Part shown: positions 62,713 through 64,000 of the stretch, piece after piece
Numbering within the stretch: the first letter of the stretch is position 1
How the letters are laid out: each line of letters begins with the position of its first letter
DNA from: Candidatus Nomurabacteria bacterium
GTDB lineage: Bacteria > Patescibacteriota > Minisyncoccia > Phycocordibacterales > UBA2100
NCBI GenBank assembly: GCA_943356775.1
Contig: CALRFU010000001.1
Coordinates: forward strand, 7,203-71,202
Length of the DNA stretch: 64,000 nt
Direction of reading: 5' to 3'
Program-made: the position numbers and the translations under genes
Notes under the pieces: generated by a model
The model's input: the letters and a program-made list of their open reading frames with translations, nothing else
The model's database searches: none
What the model was told of the DNA's origin: nothing

Positions 62713-63399
62713 TCAGAGCCAGTTGATGGGTTTTTTGTTGTGGGCGATGAGATAGGCGTCGGTCTTACTAAAAGGTTTGGAGCCGAAGAAACCGCCGTAG
62801 GCCGAGAATGGTGACGGGTGCGCGGATTCGATGACGAGGTGTTTTGTGCGGTCTATGTAGGCACCTTTGGCTTTGGCATAGTTGCCCCAGAGGATGAATA
62901 CGAGATTTTTGCGCTTTTCGGAGAGCTTACGGATGACCGCGTCGGTGAATTCTTCCCATCCTTTGCCCTGATGTGAGCCAGCTGTTCGCGCTCGCACGGT
63001 GAGTGTTGCGTTGAGAAGTAATACGCCCTGCTTCGCCCAACGTTCCAAATCCCCCTCCTTCGCCAAGGCTTCGAAGGGCGCGCCCGTATCAGCAGAAAGT
63101 TCTTTAAAAATATTTTGAAGGGATGGGGGTAGCGGCACTCCTTCACTCACCGCAAAGCAGAGGCCGTTGGCTTGCCGTGGACCGTGATACGGGTCTTGGC
63201 CTAGGATGACGACTTGTACTTTGCCGAATGGTGTCAGTCCGAAAGCGCGGAAGATATGCTTCGGTGCGGGGTACACGATAGCGTGTTGGTTCTCGCCTTT
63301 TACAAATTTCCGTAGTGCCTTGAAATACTCTAGCCCCAACTCCCCCTTGAGCACCTCTTTCCACGAAGCCTCTATCTTTACATCATCCGGCTCAACCAT
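62713..63399 (-). CDS. ung: Uracil-DNA glycosylase (family 1)
   Basis: GQDPYH, PPSLQNI, GVLLLN, HPSP. Confidence 0.97.
   Translation of the reverse strand: MVEPDDVKIEASWKEVLKGELGLEYFKALRKFVKGENQHAIVYPAPKHIFRAFGLTPFGKVQVVILGQDPYHGPRQANGLCFAVSEGVPLPPSLQNIFKELSADTGAPFEALAKEGDLERWAKQGVLLLNATLTVRARTAGSHQGKGWEEFTDAVIRKLSEKRKNLVFILWGNYAKAKGAYIDRTKHLVIESAHPSPFSAYGGFFGSKPFSKTDAYLIAHNKKPINWL
63055..63079. repeat. REP-like element in frame in ung (APFEALAKEG)
   Basis: Identical to 22479-22503, read on the opposite coding strand. Confidence 0.85.
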
Positions 63400-63849
63400 G
63401 CCGAACAGTATATAATCCTTCAATGAAAGCGTCCTGTTTTGGGACTGATCCCACATAGAGACCGGGAAAGGAGCTTATCGGCTCGCACAAGACTTCGTAT
63501 CTCATCGTTGGCGGAGGCATAGGAGGAACATTCGTCGCCACTTCCTTCTCAAAGCGGGAATAAAAGGCATCACGATAGCCGAGAGATTTTGCGTTTTATC
63601 AAAAAATTCCTGAAGGATACATTCGGGCCTCACTTGCGCATCGAGTACGCTTGGTCTGCCGCCTACGCGCTCTCCAAGCAATTATTGCCCATCGTACATG
63701 TCAGAATGAATGGAGGAGTGGTAGCGGGCGCAGGCACGCAGCTTACTACCATCGCCGGCGCTTTTCTCCTCGTTAGTACGTTGCTCAACAAGCCGCACTA
63801 CCGTAGCCCCCTCTTTGAGGTACGCAAGTAACGTGTTTGACAGTAACGG

Positions 63850-63871
63850 GCCCCGCGCAGCGTCGCGGGGC
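63850..63871. terminator. Hairpin, possible terminator downstream of asd
   Basis: GCCCCGCG/CGCGGGGC stem. Confidence 0.45.
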
Positions 63872-63895
63872 TGGATGTTTTTAAATAATTTCGTT

Positions 63896-64000
<105 letters not shown>

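Noticed and set aside
63589-63831. 80-aa ORF
   Set aside because: TTG start, no motif or promoter support; cannot be distinguished from a spurious or decayed frame

Overview
Core-genome window of a small-genome bacterium, most consistent with Patescibacteria/CPR (Parcubacteria-like). This is inferred from the shortened F1Fo delta and epsilon subunits, short AspRS and AlaRS, and typical CPR conserved hypotheticals; TGA is used as a stop. It carries the end of ahcY plus a sugar-phosphate cluster, an F1Fo ATP synthase operon interrupted by cargo genes, six aminoacyl-tRNA synthetases, murG-ftsW-mraY, scpAB, grpE-dnaK-dnaJ, the alpha ribosomal operon and a REP-associated tyrosine transposase. No rRNA, tRNA or CRISPR array was recognised. 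Most unusual signals: (1) an aldehyde-dehydrogenase-fold protein lacking the general-base Glu and fused to a class I LysRS-type tRNA anticodon-binding domain; (2) several families of short palindromic REP-like elements sitting in frame inside essential genes (atpC, leuS twice, alaS, ung, possibly atpG); (3) two integrase-free junctions in the atp operon where a 5' gene fragment is fused to a duplicated 3' end of atpG or atpC, which appears to be how cargo accretes, including two paralogous secreted Cys-rich proteins with a phage-virion/lysozyme-like domain; (4) LeuRS with inserted alpha/beta-hydrolase and NUDIX domains; (5) a candidate pseudoknotted ncRNA; (6) pervasive -10 boxes 6-8 nt upstream of ATG, suggesting leaderless transcription. 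All family assignments are by motif recognition; no database search was run.
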